Source: Candidatus Latescibacterota bacterium (GTDB taxonomy: Bacteria; Latescibacterota; UBA2968; GCA-2709665). Taken from it: 64,000 nucleotides of DNA. The notes under the pieces are model-generated. The model was given only the letters and a program-made list of their open reading frames with translations. It was not told where the DNA came from and searched no databases. This document shows, piece by piece, positions 17,787-26,458 of the stretch (its first letter is position 1; each line of letters starts with the position of its first letter). The stretch lies in contig OZ242358.1 in NCBI GenBank assembly GCA_965208835.1, forward strand, positions 1,280,001-1,344,000. The letters run 5' to 3'. Both the position numbers and the translations under genes were made by a program.

Positions 17787-17971
17787 GAAAGAGAAGAAAG
17801 TCGAGGAGAGAGTGGAGAGAAGTGAGAAAAGAGTGGAGAGAAGTGAGAAAAGAGAGGGTCGAGGGCCTCTCGCTTCTCTACCCTACCGCGGCTCCCGATC
17901 TGCATTTCCTCACTCCTCACTCCTCTTTTCTCTCTCCTGGCTCTTCACTCCTCCCTCCTCACTCCTCGCTT
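17787..17971. repeat. GAG-heptamer purine/pyrimidine element, copy D1
   Basis: 8 GAGNNNN units (17803-17858), then 9 CTCNNNN-type units (17909-17971); homologous to 44371-44536 in inverted orientation. Confidence 0.85.
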
Positions 17972-17974
17972 CCT

Positions 17975-18003
17975 AATATATCCCGTACAGCCATGATTGT
18001 CAA
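17975..18003 (-). promoter_or_regulatory. Sigma70-type promoter for the selenoprotein gene
   Basis: TTGACA-17-TATATT. Confidence 0.7.
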
Positions 18004-18041
18004 TGTCAAGCCCGTGGTCTGGGTTCAATTGGGGAATCCGC

Positions 18042-18070
18042 TTGACCGTCGACGTGGAGTGGGTTAGATT
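18042..18070 (+). promoter_or_regulatory. Sigma70-type promoter for the carboxypeptidase operon
   Basis: TTGACC-17-TAGATT. Confidence 0.6.
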
Positions 18071-18119
18071 GCAGCGGCATTCGAAGCGGTTGTCGGCAAG
18101 GCACGAAGGGAGAACTGCA

Positions 18120-19631
18120 ATGTCCACGCAGCAGGCGTACGAGGACCTCATCGGTCATTGGAAGGAACTCCAGTTGCTGGAGTCCTGCGCGGCCGTGCTG
18201 GGTTGGGACGAACGCACGTATATGCCCCGCGGCGGCGCGGCGCACCGTGCCGAACAGCACGCCCTGCTGGCCGGGATGGCGCACGAGCGGGCGACGGCGC
18301 CCGTGGTGGGAGAATTGCTGTCGCGCATCGAGAAGGGTGATGAGCACTTCCAGCCGGACTCGGCGCCTGCGGTGAACGTACGGGAAATCCGGCGAGAATA
18401 CGACCGACGGACCAAGTTGCCGCAGTCCCTGGTGGTGGCGCTCGCGAAGGCCACAACGTTGGCGGAACAGGCCTGGCAGGAGGCGCGGGAGAAATCGACG
18501 TTCGAGGTGTTCCGTCCGCATCTCAAAGAGGTGGTAGGGCTCACCCGGGAGATGGCGGCGGCGCTAAGGACCGAAGGTTCGGCATACGATGCGCTCCTGG
18601 ACCGGTTTGAACCTGGAGAAACCTCGAAGAATCTCAAGAGGGTGTTTGGGGCGCTACGGGACGAACTGGCCCCGCTGGTCGCGGCGATTGTGGATTCGGG
18701 AAGGGCGCCCGACGCATCGATCCTTACCCGCGACTATCCCGTGACCGAACAGGCGTCTTTCGGCGTCGCCGCGGCGACGGCCATGGGTTTCGACTTCGAG
18801 CGCGGGCGGCTGGATGAGACCGTGCACCCATTCTGTTCGGGGATCGGCCCCGGAGACACGAGAATAACCACCCGGTACGACCGCAACCAGTTTGCGCAGG
18901 CTTTCTTCGGTACGCTCCACGAGGCGGGTCACGGCATGTATGACCAGGGACTGGATGACGCGCATTCGGGAACGCCGATGGCAGACGCGGTGTCTCTGGG
19001 AATTCACGAGTCCCAGTCCCGGATGTGGGAGAATTTCGTGGGGCGCGGCCGGGCGTTCTGGACGCACTTTTTTCCGAAAGCGCGGGATGTGTTTCCCGCG
19101 GCTCTGACGGACGTATCGCCGGATGCGTTCTATTTCGCGGTAAACGATGTGCGGCCCTCGTTCATCCGGGTGGAGGCGGACGAGGCCACGTACAATTTGC
19201 ACATTTTGCTGCGATTCGCGCTGGAGGAGGCGCTGGTGGAGGGCGATCTGACGGTAGCGGACGTCCCCGGCGCGTGGAACGAGCGGTTCGAGAAGGATTT
19301 CGGCTTGAATCCGCCGGATGACGCGCACGGGTGTCTTCAGGACGTGCACTGGAGTGCAGGGTTGATCGGATATTTTCCTACCTATACGCTTGGAAATCTC
19401 TACGCCGCTCAGTTTTTCGAAGCGGCCCGCACGGATCTTGGCGATCTCGACGGGCAGTTCGCCAAAGGAATGTTCGGCCCGCTGCTGGGTTGGCTGAGGG
19501 ACAGGATCCATCGGCACGGAATGCGCTATCGGGCGACGGAACTGGTGGAGGTGGTTTCAGGGGAACCCCTGGGTCACAGGGCATTGATGACGCATCTGAA
19601 GGCCAAATTCGGACCGCTTTATGGGGTTTGA
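18120..19631 (+). CDS. Carboxypeptidase M32 (Taq-like)
   Basis: HPF, DTRITTRY, HEAGH, GIHESQSR, IRVEADE, GCLQDVHW, GYFPTYTLG; start MSTQQAY at 18120. Confidence 0.95.
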   Translation: MSTQQAYEDLIGHWKELQLLESCAAVLGWDERTYMPRGGAAHRAEQHALLAGMAHERATAPVVGELLSRIEKGDEHFQPDSAPAVNVREIRREYDRRTKLPQSLVVALAKATTLAEQAWQEAREKSTFEVFRPHLKEVVGLTREMAAALRTEGSAYDALLDRFEPGETSKNLKRVFGALRDELAPLVAAIVDSGRAPDASILTRDYPVTEQASFGVAAATAMGFDFERGRLDETVHPFCSGIGPGDTRITTRYDRNQFAQAFFGTLHEAGHGMYDQGLDDAHSGTPMADAVSLGIHESQSRMWENFVGRGRAFWTHFFPKARDVFPAALTDVSPDAFYFAVNDVRPSFIRVEADEATYNLHILLRFALEEALVEGDLTVADVPGAWNERFEKDFGLNPPDDAHGCLQDVHWSAGLIGYFPTYTLGNLYAAQFFEAARTDLGDLDGQFAKGMFGPLLGWLRDRIHRHGMRYRATELVEVVSGEPLGHRALMTHLKAKFGPLYGV

Positions 19632-20580
19632 TCCTTCGGACATCCGGCCGGTGATTCTGGATGCGGACCCGGGCGTGGACGACGCCCTGGCCATCATGCT
19701 GGCGCTGGGCTCCCCCGAACTGCAGGTGCTTGGCATCTGCACCGTGAGCGGCAACGTGCCGCTGGATATCGGAACCGGGAACGCGCTGAAGGTGCTGGCT
19801 TTGCTGGGTCGCGACGAGGTTCCTGTTTACCCCGGCGCTGAAGGTCCGCTCCGGAAGGAAGCCGTTTTCGCCACCGAGGTACACGGACCCGGAGGACTGG
19901 GGGATTCCGGATTGCCGCTGCCAGGCCGCTCGCCTGCGGGTGACGCGGTCTCGTTTATGATCGAGACCCTTTTGGCGCGGCCACGGGAGGTGACGTTGAT
20001 CGCCGTCGGGCCGCTGACCAACCTGGCCCTGGCGGAAGCGCGGGCGCCCGGGGTGTTGAAGAAAGCCCGGGAGGTGTGTGTGATGGGCGGCGCCGTCGAC
20101 GAGCCCGGTAACGTTACGCCGTTGGCGGAGTTCAATTTCTTCGCCGATCCCGACGCCGCCAGACAGGTCCTTCGTTCCGGTGCAGACGTTACACTGGCGC
20201 CTCTGGACGTGACCCATCGGGTGGCATTGGAAGCATCGCATCTTGCACAATTTCCCGCGTCGCCCGCAGGTGTCTTCGTAAGAGAAGCGGTGCGGCCCGC
20301 CATGGATCTCATCAGGCGGGTTCAGAATCGACATCGTTTTTTTCTGCACGATCCGTTGGCGGTGGGGCTGGCGATCGATCCGTCAGTTTTTGGATTCGAG
20401 ACCGTATTCGCGGACGTGGAGACAGAGGGTGTTCTCACCGCGGGACAGGTTGTGGCGGACCGGCGGTCGTTCACGAAGGTCGGGAACCGCAAGGGACTGC
20501 CTGTGAACTGCGCGATGGACGTGGATGCCGGTCGATTCCTGGCGTTATTCCTGTCCCGGATTTTACCTTCAGCCGTATAG
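19621..20580 (+). CDS. Inosine-uridine preferring nucleoside hydrolase
   Basis: DADPGVDDA, VHGPGGLG, GPLTNLA, AEFNFFADP, LHDP. Confidence 0.93.
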   Translation: MGFDPSDIRPVILDADPGVDDALAIMLALGSPELQVLGICTVSGNVPLDIGTGNALKVLALLGRDEVPVYPGAEGPLRKEAVFATEVHGPGGLGDSGLPLPGRSPAGDAVSFMIETLLARPREVTLIAVGPLTNLALAEARAPGVLKKAREVCVMGGAVDEPGNVTPLAEFNFFADPDAARQVLRSGADVTLAPLDVTHRVALEASHLAQFPASPAGVFVREAVRPAMDLIRRVQNRHRFFLHDPLAVGLAIDPSVFGFETVFADVETEGVLTAGQVVADRRSFTKVGNRKGLPVNCAMDVDAGRFLALFLSRILPSAV

Positions 20581-20740
20581 CAGCCCGTTGAAAAAGTCCA
20601 TCCGGGCTACGGCCGGCCCTTGCGGTCGAAATACTGCGTTGCGCTCCCTCGCCGAATCGAGGGATGGGACTCGGTCGCGCGCCTTGTCTTCGACCACAAT
20701 GGCTCGGCCTCGCCTGCAGAGCGACTTTCTCAACGGACTG
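20581..20740 (+). mobile_element. MITE family A, copy A1 (160 bp)
   Basis: Imperfect 18-bp TIRs CAGCCCGTTGAAAAAGTC / GACTTTCTCAACGGACTG; perfect 4-bp flanking duplication ATAG; homologues at 45549, 47645 and 27937. Confidence 0.88.
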
Positions 20741-20761
20741 ATAGCGGAAGGGTTTCCTGGG

Positions 20762-21508
20762 TTGAAAGCAATCATCATCGGCGCGGGGCGAGGAATGCGA
20801 TTAATGCCGCATACGAAAGACGCTCCGAAATGTCTTGCGGTGGTGAAGGGCCGGCGCATTCTGGATTGGGGCCTGGACGCATTGCGTTCGGCCGGCTTGC
20901 ACGATATCGTCTTCGTCGGCGGCTACCGCATCGAGCAGGTGCAGATCGGGTATCCCGGCCTTACGTATTGTCACAACGCGGACTGGCCGAATAACAACAT
21001 CCTGATGTCCCTGATGCACGCTGAATTCCATATGGACGAAGGCTTCGTCTGCGCCTATTCGGATATTCTCTACAGACCTGAGATTGTCTCGAATCTGATG
21101 CGCAGTACGCACGAGATCACGCTCGTCTGCGATACGGCCTGGCGGACGCGATATCAGAAACGGACCGAGCATCCTGAGTACGACGCCGAGAAAGTGGCCA
21201 GCGTGGGCAACCGGGTGGTAGCGATCGGAAGAAACCTGCCCGGCGAAATCGCACACGGCGAGTATACGGGCATTGCCCGTTTCGGACGAGACGGAACCGT
21301 GCAGTTGCGGGAAGCCTATCACCGGGCAAAGACGTTGTACAACGGCCGGTCTTTTCAATCGGCCGCCACCTTTCAGAAAGCGTATCTGATCGACTTGTAT
21401 CAGGAGATGCTTGACGCCGAGGTCCCGATCCATCTGATGGAGACGGACGGAGGGTACATGGAAATCGACACGAATCAGGATTTCCGGATCGCGCGGGAGG
21501 AATGGTAG
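20762..21508 (+). CDS. Phosphocholine cytidylyltransferase-like (LicC-family) nucleotidyltransferase
   Basis: 'KAIIIGAGRGMRL.PHTKDAPKCL', YSDILY, EIDTNQD; TTG start at 20762. Confidence 0.85.
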   Translation: MKAIIIGAGRGMRLMPHTKDAPKCLAVVKGRRILDWGLDALRSAGLHDIVFVGGYRIEQVQIGYPGLTYCHNADWPNNNILMSLMHAEFHMDEGFVCAYSDILYRPEIVSNLMRSTHEITLVCDTAWRTRYQKRTEHPEYDAEKVASVGNRVVAIGRNLPGEIAHGEYTGIARFGRDGTVQLREAYHRAKTLYNGRSFQSAATFQKAYLIDLYQEMLDAEVPIHLMETDGGYMEIDTNQDFRIAREEW

Positions 21509-21509
21509 C

Positions 21510-22571
21510 ATGGGAAGCAACCGGATTCTATTCCCCGCCGGGGTCGTCGGAAGCATGCCTCGGTCACAGTTCGTGCGGGACCTGCTGGATCCCGGAAAAG
21601 CGCCTGATGATCCCGACGAGTTATCCGTCCGGATGGATGCCGCCGTGGACTACGTTCTGGCGTTGCAGGAAGCCGCCGGCCTGGACATCGTCTCCGACGG
21701 GGAATACCGCCGCCGGTCCTATATCGGCATTATCGCCGATGTCGCGGACGGGTTCGCGCGCGAACGGAAGGGTGGACGCTGGTGGCACACGGTGGTGGAA
21801 CCCGTCGAAGCGAAACGGACGGGTCTTGCCGCGGCCGAGGCGAAATATTTGAAGGCCCGGACCGGGAAAGCCATCAAGGTGTGCCTGCCTTCCCCCTATC
21901 TGCTTGGCCAGCGGATGTGGCATCCGCAACGTTCGATCGACGCGTATCCCACGCGCGAAGCGTTTATGCGCGCACTGGTGCCCATTCTGCGGGGCGAACT
22001 GCTGTTGCTGCGGGACGCGGGCGCCGACGTGGTCCAGTTCGACGACCCGCACCTCTGTCTGTTTGTGGATCCCGATGTTCGCGGGAGCTACGAGAACCCG
22101 GACCGGGAGGTGGACCTCTCCGTGGATCTCCTGAACGAGATTGTGGACGGCGTTGACGGGTTGGCCGTGGCCGTGCACCTGTGCCGGAGAAACAAGGGCC
22201 GCGCCGGCTGGGTCGGTCAGGGAGGATACGGACCGATTCTGTCCGCTCTGCTGCGTTTGAACGTGGATCAGTACGTGATGGAATTCGCCGTCCCCGCCGC
22301 GGGTGATATGGACGTATTGGAGCAGATCCCGCAAGACCGGCAGGTGGGACTTGGGTGCGTGGACTGCAGGTCTCCCAGGATCGATGCCGTGGGTGAAATT
22401 ATGCATCGGGTGGAAAACGCTTTGGAATTCCTGCGCCCGGAACAGATCGTACTGAATCCCGATTGCGGCTTTGCGCCGGGCAACGCGGCGGAAATCCCCG
22501 TTGAGGAGGCCTACGCGAAGCTGCGCAACGAGGCGGGCGCCGCGCGACAACTGAGGGAGAAATACGGATAG
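21510..22571 (+). CDS. Cobalamin-independent methionine synthase II family protein
   Basis: VVGSMPR, SDGEYRR, VQFDDP, HLCRRN (HxC), NPDCGF. Confidence 0.88.
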   Translation: MGSNRILFPAGVVGSMPRSQFVRDLLDPGKAPDDPDELSVRMDAAVDYVLALQEAAGLDIVSDGEYRRRSYIGIIADVADGFARERKGGRWWHTVVEPVEAKRTGLAAAEAKYLKARTGKAIKVCLPSPYLLGQRMWHPQRSIDAYPTREAFMRALVPILRGELLLLRDAGADVVQFDDPHLCLFVDPDVRGSYENPDREVDLSVDLLNEIVDGVDGLAVAVHLCRRNKGRAGWVGQGGYGPILSALLRLNVDQYVMEFAVPAAGDMDVLEQIPQDRQVGLGCVDCRSPRIDAVGEIMHRVENALEFLRPEQIVLNPDCGFAPGNAAEIPVEEAYAKLRNEAGAARQLREKYG

Positions 22572-22589
22572 GCGGAAATCGCTGTCGCG

Positions 22590-23549
22590 TCAGGGATTTT
22601 TCCGGAGCTGGAGGTACGATTCGTATCGCCGGCGGGAGACTTCGTCGCGGTCCACTGCATCCTTGACGATGCAGCCCGGTTCGCTGCCGTGGGTACAGTT
22701 CCGAAAACGGCAATGTCCGGGCAGGTTCCGGAATTCCGGAAAGAGCCCGGGGATTTCTTCCGTATCTATCTCCCACAGGTGGAATTCACGTATGCCCGGC
22801 AGATCGCCGACCATGCCTCCGGCGTCGAGTTCGACGAGTTCCGTGTGGGTGGTCGTGTGACGGCCTTCCCCGGTGGTTTCGCTGACTTCGCTCGTCCGCA
22901 ACTCGAGGCCCGGCTGCAGCCAGTTGAGCAGGCTGGATTTACCCACCCCCGACGGCCCCATGAAAAGCGAAATCCGGTTCCTCAGGAGGTTGAGGAACGC
23001 TTGCCTGCCTCTATCGGAAACGATGCTCGTGAACACAACCGGGTATCCGATTTGCTCGTAGACCGAAGCCGTCGTCTCGAACGCGGCGAGGCAGGGCAGG
23101 TCCAGTTTGTTGAAACAGATGGCGGCCGGGATCTCCCACCATTCCGCAACGGCCAGCATCCGGTCAAGCATATTCCAGTCCGGCGGCGGTTCGTCCACCG
23201 AGAAGACCGGCATGAGTTGATCGATGTTGGCTGCCAGGATCTGTTCTTTCCCTGAACTACCCGATGCTCTTCTGGATATCTTGTTGCGCCTGGGCAGAAC
23301 TTCACGGATAAGACCGGTATTCCCTTCGCCGGTATCGATCCGTACCCGGTCACCAATTGCAACGGGGTCCACGACCCGCGTGCGGCGGACGGCCTGTACC
23401 CGGTTTCGCCGCGAACCGGGCGCCGCTTCGGGGTATTGAAGCTGTTTTCTCAATTTGCTCGAAACGGCACAGTCGACCACCCGGTTTCCAACGGCGACGT
23501 AGTAGTGCCTGCGGTGTTCCCGGATGACAATGCCTTCTATGTGTTCCAT
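22590..23549 (-). CDS. rsgA: Ribosome small subunit-dependent GTPase A
   Basis: AANID, FNKLD, GPSGVGKSSL, GRHTTT, DLPG, CRFRNCTHGSEPGC; start MEHIEG at 23549. Confidence 0.93.
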   Translation of the reverse strand: MEHIEGIVIREHRRHYYVAVGNRVVDCAVSSKLRKQLQYPEAAPGSRRNRVQAVRRTRVVDPVAIGDRVRIDTGEGNTGLIREVLPRRNKISRRASGSSGKEQILAANIDQLMPVFSVDEPPPDWNMLDRMLAVAEWWEIPAAICFNKLDLPCLAAFETTASVYEQIGYPVVFTSIVSDRGRQAFLNLLRNRISLFMGPSGVGKSSLLNWLQPGLELRTSEVSETTGEGRHTTTHTELVELDAGGMVGDLPGIREFHLWEIDTEEIPGLFPEFRNLPGHCRFRNCTHGSEPGCIVKDAVDRDEVSRRRYESYLQLRKNP

Positions 23550-23678
23550 AACGGGTCCGGCAAGCTGAAAGTGTTCCGATCCACATTGTTCCGTCGGGCG
23601 TTGTCGACTTTCCAACGTGCTGTAAAAAGAAGGTTTATGGTAGATATCAGCCAACGGGCAACGGGCTGCGGGGCACGG

Positions 23679-23707
23679 AAAATACGGAGCCGAAATTTCT
23701 TTGTCAA
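23679..23707 (-). promoter_or_regulatory. Sigma70-type promoter for rsgA
   Basis: TTGACA-17-TATTTT. Confidence 0.6.
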
Positions 23708-23767
23708 GAAAAACGACTACATAGCGCATATTCCGATTCGCGCCCGTCGGGAGCCCGGTGAATCGGG

Positions 23768-23796
23768 TTGACTTTGTACGGCCATTTGTATATTCT
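23768..23796 (+). promoter_or_regulatory. Sigma70-type promoter directly upstream of element C2
   Basis: TTGACT-17-TATTCT. Confidence 0.65.
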
Positions 23797-23803
23797 TCCA
23801 GAG

Positions 23804-23933
23804 GCGGGAAGAGGTGAGACGGAAGCCGGGAGAAGAAATCCTTGCCGATCTGTTCCTCCTCTATGCCTCCGGCAAAATTTGAAACCCTACGAGGCAGGTC
23901 GTCTCTAACCTCTTACGTCTCCCGTCTCCCCGC
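23804..23933 (+). repeat. Heptamer-armed element, copy C2 (130 bp)
   Basis: GC GGGAAGA GGTGAGA CGGAAGC CGGGAGA + 70-bp core + TCTAACC TCTTACG TCTCCCG TCTCCCC GC. Confidence 0.9.
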
Positions 23934-24012
23934 ATTTTTTCTTCTCTCTACCCGCGTTCAGGCTTTTTGTGGCCAATTTGGCGCTTATCTTTTTTCGAAT
24001 TGAGATTTTATC

Positions 24013-24762
24013 GTGGAACAGGATCTGTCACCGATTTTCAAGCGCTGGATCTTCGATCCACAGAAGACCTGTGCCAGAAAGATCGTGGGAATCGACGGAC
24101 GGGAGAAGCTTCAGGTCCGTTTCGAGCTGGGCCTTTTGCAGATGGAGATGACCGGTCGACCCGACGGCAAGTCCCCCAAAGGATATGGCTCGGCCCTTGA
24201 TGCGTACCTCGATCGTCTGGAGGCGCACCGCCGACAACACGGTTCAGATGAAGGTTTCCGGCTGGATGAACAGGCATGCAATGTGTTGTGGACGGAGGGA
24301 GTACAATTCTATCAGCGGTACGTCTGCCTGATGCATCTGGGCGACTATGAAGGGGTTTTGAGGGACACCACGCACAATCTGGCGTTGCTTGATCTGGTGA
24401 GGACATTTTCCGGAGATGAAGAGATCAAGTGTGAGTTTGAGCGTTCACGGACGTGCGTTCTCATGGTACACACCAGATCCAAGGGTGAAATCTGTCTGCT
24501 GAATGGAGATTCCGAGGGTGCACTGGAGGTGGTGCGGGAGGGTATCGAGGAAATCCGGAGCTTTCTGATCGAGTCGGGAGACCCGGACTCGCTCGAATGC
24601 AGTGATGAACTTCGTACGCTGGAAGAATGGGAGGATGAGATTCAGCGGAAATACCCCGCCTGCGCCAGGGAGAACCTTCTGGATCAGATTCAGACGGCGG
24701 TCGCAATGGAGCGTTACGAACAGGCTGCGATCTTGAGAAACCGTCTTCGCGGACTCAACTAA
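24013..24762 (+). CDS. UvrB/UvrC (UVR) motif-containing conserved protein
   Basis: 'GREKLQVRFELGLLQMEMTGRPDG', 'QFYQRY', C-terminal UVR 'AVAMERYEQAAILRNRL'. Confidence 0.8.
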   Translation: MEQDLSPIFKRWIFDPQKTCARKIVGIDGREKLQVRFELGLLQMEMTGRPDGKSPKGYGSALDAYLDRLEAHRRQHGSDEGFRLDEQACNVLWTEGVQFYQRYVCLMHLGDYEGVLRDTTHNLALLDLVRTFSGDEEIKCEFERSRTCVLMVHTRSKGEICLLNGDSEGALEVVREGIEEIRSFLIESGDPDSLECSDELRTLEEWEDEIQRKYPACARENLLDQIQTAVAMERYEQAAILRNRLRGLN

Positions 24763-24926
24763 GAAGCTGTTTTAAAATTCCCAGCGGTCTTCGCACGGCT
24801 GCAAAAGCGCCGGTCGGCGTTGGTCAAACCCACCCGTATAAACAAATATGGGCGGATTTTCCCGCCTTGACCGCCACTTTTTCGCTCGCGCTCTGGAACT
24901 CACCGGTAATTTTAAAAACAGCTTCT
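24762..24926 (+). mobile_element. MITE family B (165 bp)
   Basis: TIRs AGAAGCTGTTTTAAAATT / AATTTTAAAAACAGCTTCT; internal GGTC-GGCGTTG-N40-CGCCTT-GACC; begins in the TAA stop of the upstream gene. Confidence 0.8.
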
Positions 24927-25000
24927 GAATTCGTTTCCGACAGCCGAACAGGATGTCCACGCGGGGCTGCGGCGCCGTGCGGACGACAAAACAGCATATT

Positions 25001-25041
25001 CCGAATCTGAGCAGCGATGCGTTTTCAGATCCGGTTTTTTT
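25001..25041 (+). terminator. Putative intrinsic terminator
   Basis: CCGaATCTGA...TCAGATcCGG followed by T7. Confidence 0.5.
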
Positions 25042-25106
25042 GTTTGTGGAGGCGGTGCCGTTCCTGATTTTTTCGTGTCGAATGACGGCGGCTGAAGTGA
25101 GGGGGC

Positions 25107-26366
25107 ATGGGTCCTGAGTTCATGATCGCACGCAGGCATTTCCGGTCATTGCGCGCCCGGAGGCGGATCTCGTTTACGATTGGTATCGCCGCGGTCGGCG
25201 TGGCATTGGGTGTGTCGTCGCTGGTGATTGTGATGTCCGTCATGAACGGGTACACCAATATGATTCGCGAGCGTCTGCTTGGCGTGAACGCGCATTTGAC
25301 CGTGCGAAAGTCCTATCGCAAGCCCATTTCGGACTACGGGCCGGTGATCCGCACTTTGGAAGACCACCCTGAGGTGCTTGCGGTGTCTCCCTTTATTCAT
25401 GCGGAGGGGTTTGTCTTCCGGAAGCCGGCCGCGGCGGGTGTGGTGAAGTCGGGTGTTCTTGTGCGAGGTGTCGACCCGGGGGCCTTTGTCCGTACCAGCG
25501 ACGTGGGTACTTACATCCGGGACGGGACAATAGATCTCGGTCCACGCGAGCAAAAGGGTTCGCGGGCGGTACACGGCATCCTGTTGGGCCAGGTTCTGGC
25601 ACAAAGACTTGATGCAGGCCCCGGGGACGATGTGTACCTGGGCCTGGTACCGAAGAACATCCTCGGCGGCCGTGGACGCCGCTGGCAGCGTTACCGGGTG
25701 ACCGGGGTCTTCAACACCGGTTATTTCGAGTTCGATTCCCGTCTTGTCTATGTCTCGCTCGACGCCGCGAGGCGGGACCTGGGCTGGCAGGACGCCGTAA
25801 CCGGTATCCGAATGCGATTGCGGGACCCGATGGCAGCCGACCGGTTGGGCGCGACGTTCAGACAGCTCCTGCGTGAGACGTATCCCGGTCTATTTGCCTC
25901 TTCGTGGACGCGGAACTTCGGGAGTTTCTACGTATTGATCCAGTTGCAGAAATGGACGTTCTTCCTGATTCTGAGCCTTATCGTGGTTGTGGCGGGGTTT
26001 AACATCATCAGTATTCTCACGATGATTGTCACCGATCGTCGCCGGGAAATCGGCATCCTCAAGGCAATGGGAATGATCCCGGGGCGAATCGGACGGATCT
26101 TTACGCTGGAAGGCCTGGTCGTCGGCGTGACGGGAATCGCAATCGGGAATCTGCTTGGGTTCTCCGTCTGCTGGATTCAGAAGCAATTCGAAGTGATCCG
26201 GGTTCCGGGAGAGGTCTACTACGTCAGTGCGTTGCCGGTGGAGATGCGCCCGGAGGATTTCGGGCTTGTGTCCCTGTGCGCCATTCTGATCTGTTACCTT
26301 TTCAGCCTGTATCCGTCCCGGGATGCGGCAGCCCTGGATCCGGTGGATGCGATCCGCTATGAGTGA
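25107..26366 (+). CDS. LolC/LolE-family lipoprotein-releasing ABC permease
   Basis: 'IARRHFR', 'VMSVMNG', MacB-type periplasmic domain, 'AGFNIISILTMIV.DRRREIGILKAMG', 'LDPVDAIRYE'. Confidence 0.9.
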   Translation: MGPEFMIARRHFRSLRARRRISFTIGIAAVGVALGVSSLVIVMSVMNGYTNMIRERLLGVNAHLTVRKSYRKPISDYGPVIRTLEDHPEVLAVSPFIHAEGFVFRKPAAAGVVKSGVLVRGVDPGAFVRTSDVGTYIRDGTIDLGPREQKGSRAVHGILLGQVLAQRLDAGPGDDVYLGLVPKNILGGRGRRWQRYRVTGVFNTGYFEFDSRLVYVSLDAARRDLGWQDAVTGIRMRLRDPMAADRLGATFRQLLRETYPGLFASSWTRNFGSFYVLIQLQKWTFFLILSLIVVVAGFNIISILTMIVTDRRREIGILKAMGMIPGRIGRIFTLEGLVVGVTGIAIGNLLGFSVCWIQKQFEVIRVPGEVYYVSALPVEMRPEDFGLVSLCAILICYLFSLYPSRDAAALDPVDAIRYE

Positions 26367-26458
26367 TCGCCGTCGCGCGCAGGCTCCCGGGTACCGGACG
26401 TGGCGGGTGGGCCGCACGGTCCCTGGCGATGGCATCGGTCCCGGGCAGGAGATCGGCG

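Noticed and set aside
17657-18067. Short ORFs across repeat D1 (e.g. EERVERSEKR)
   Set aside because: Low-complexity translations of heptamer repeats with no convincing SD.
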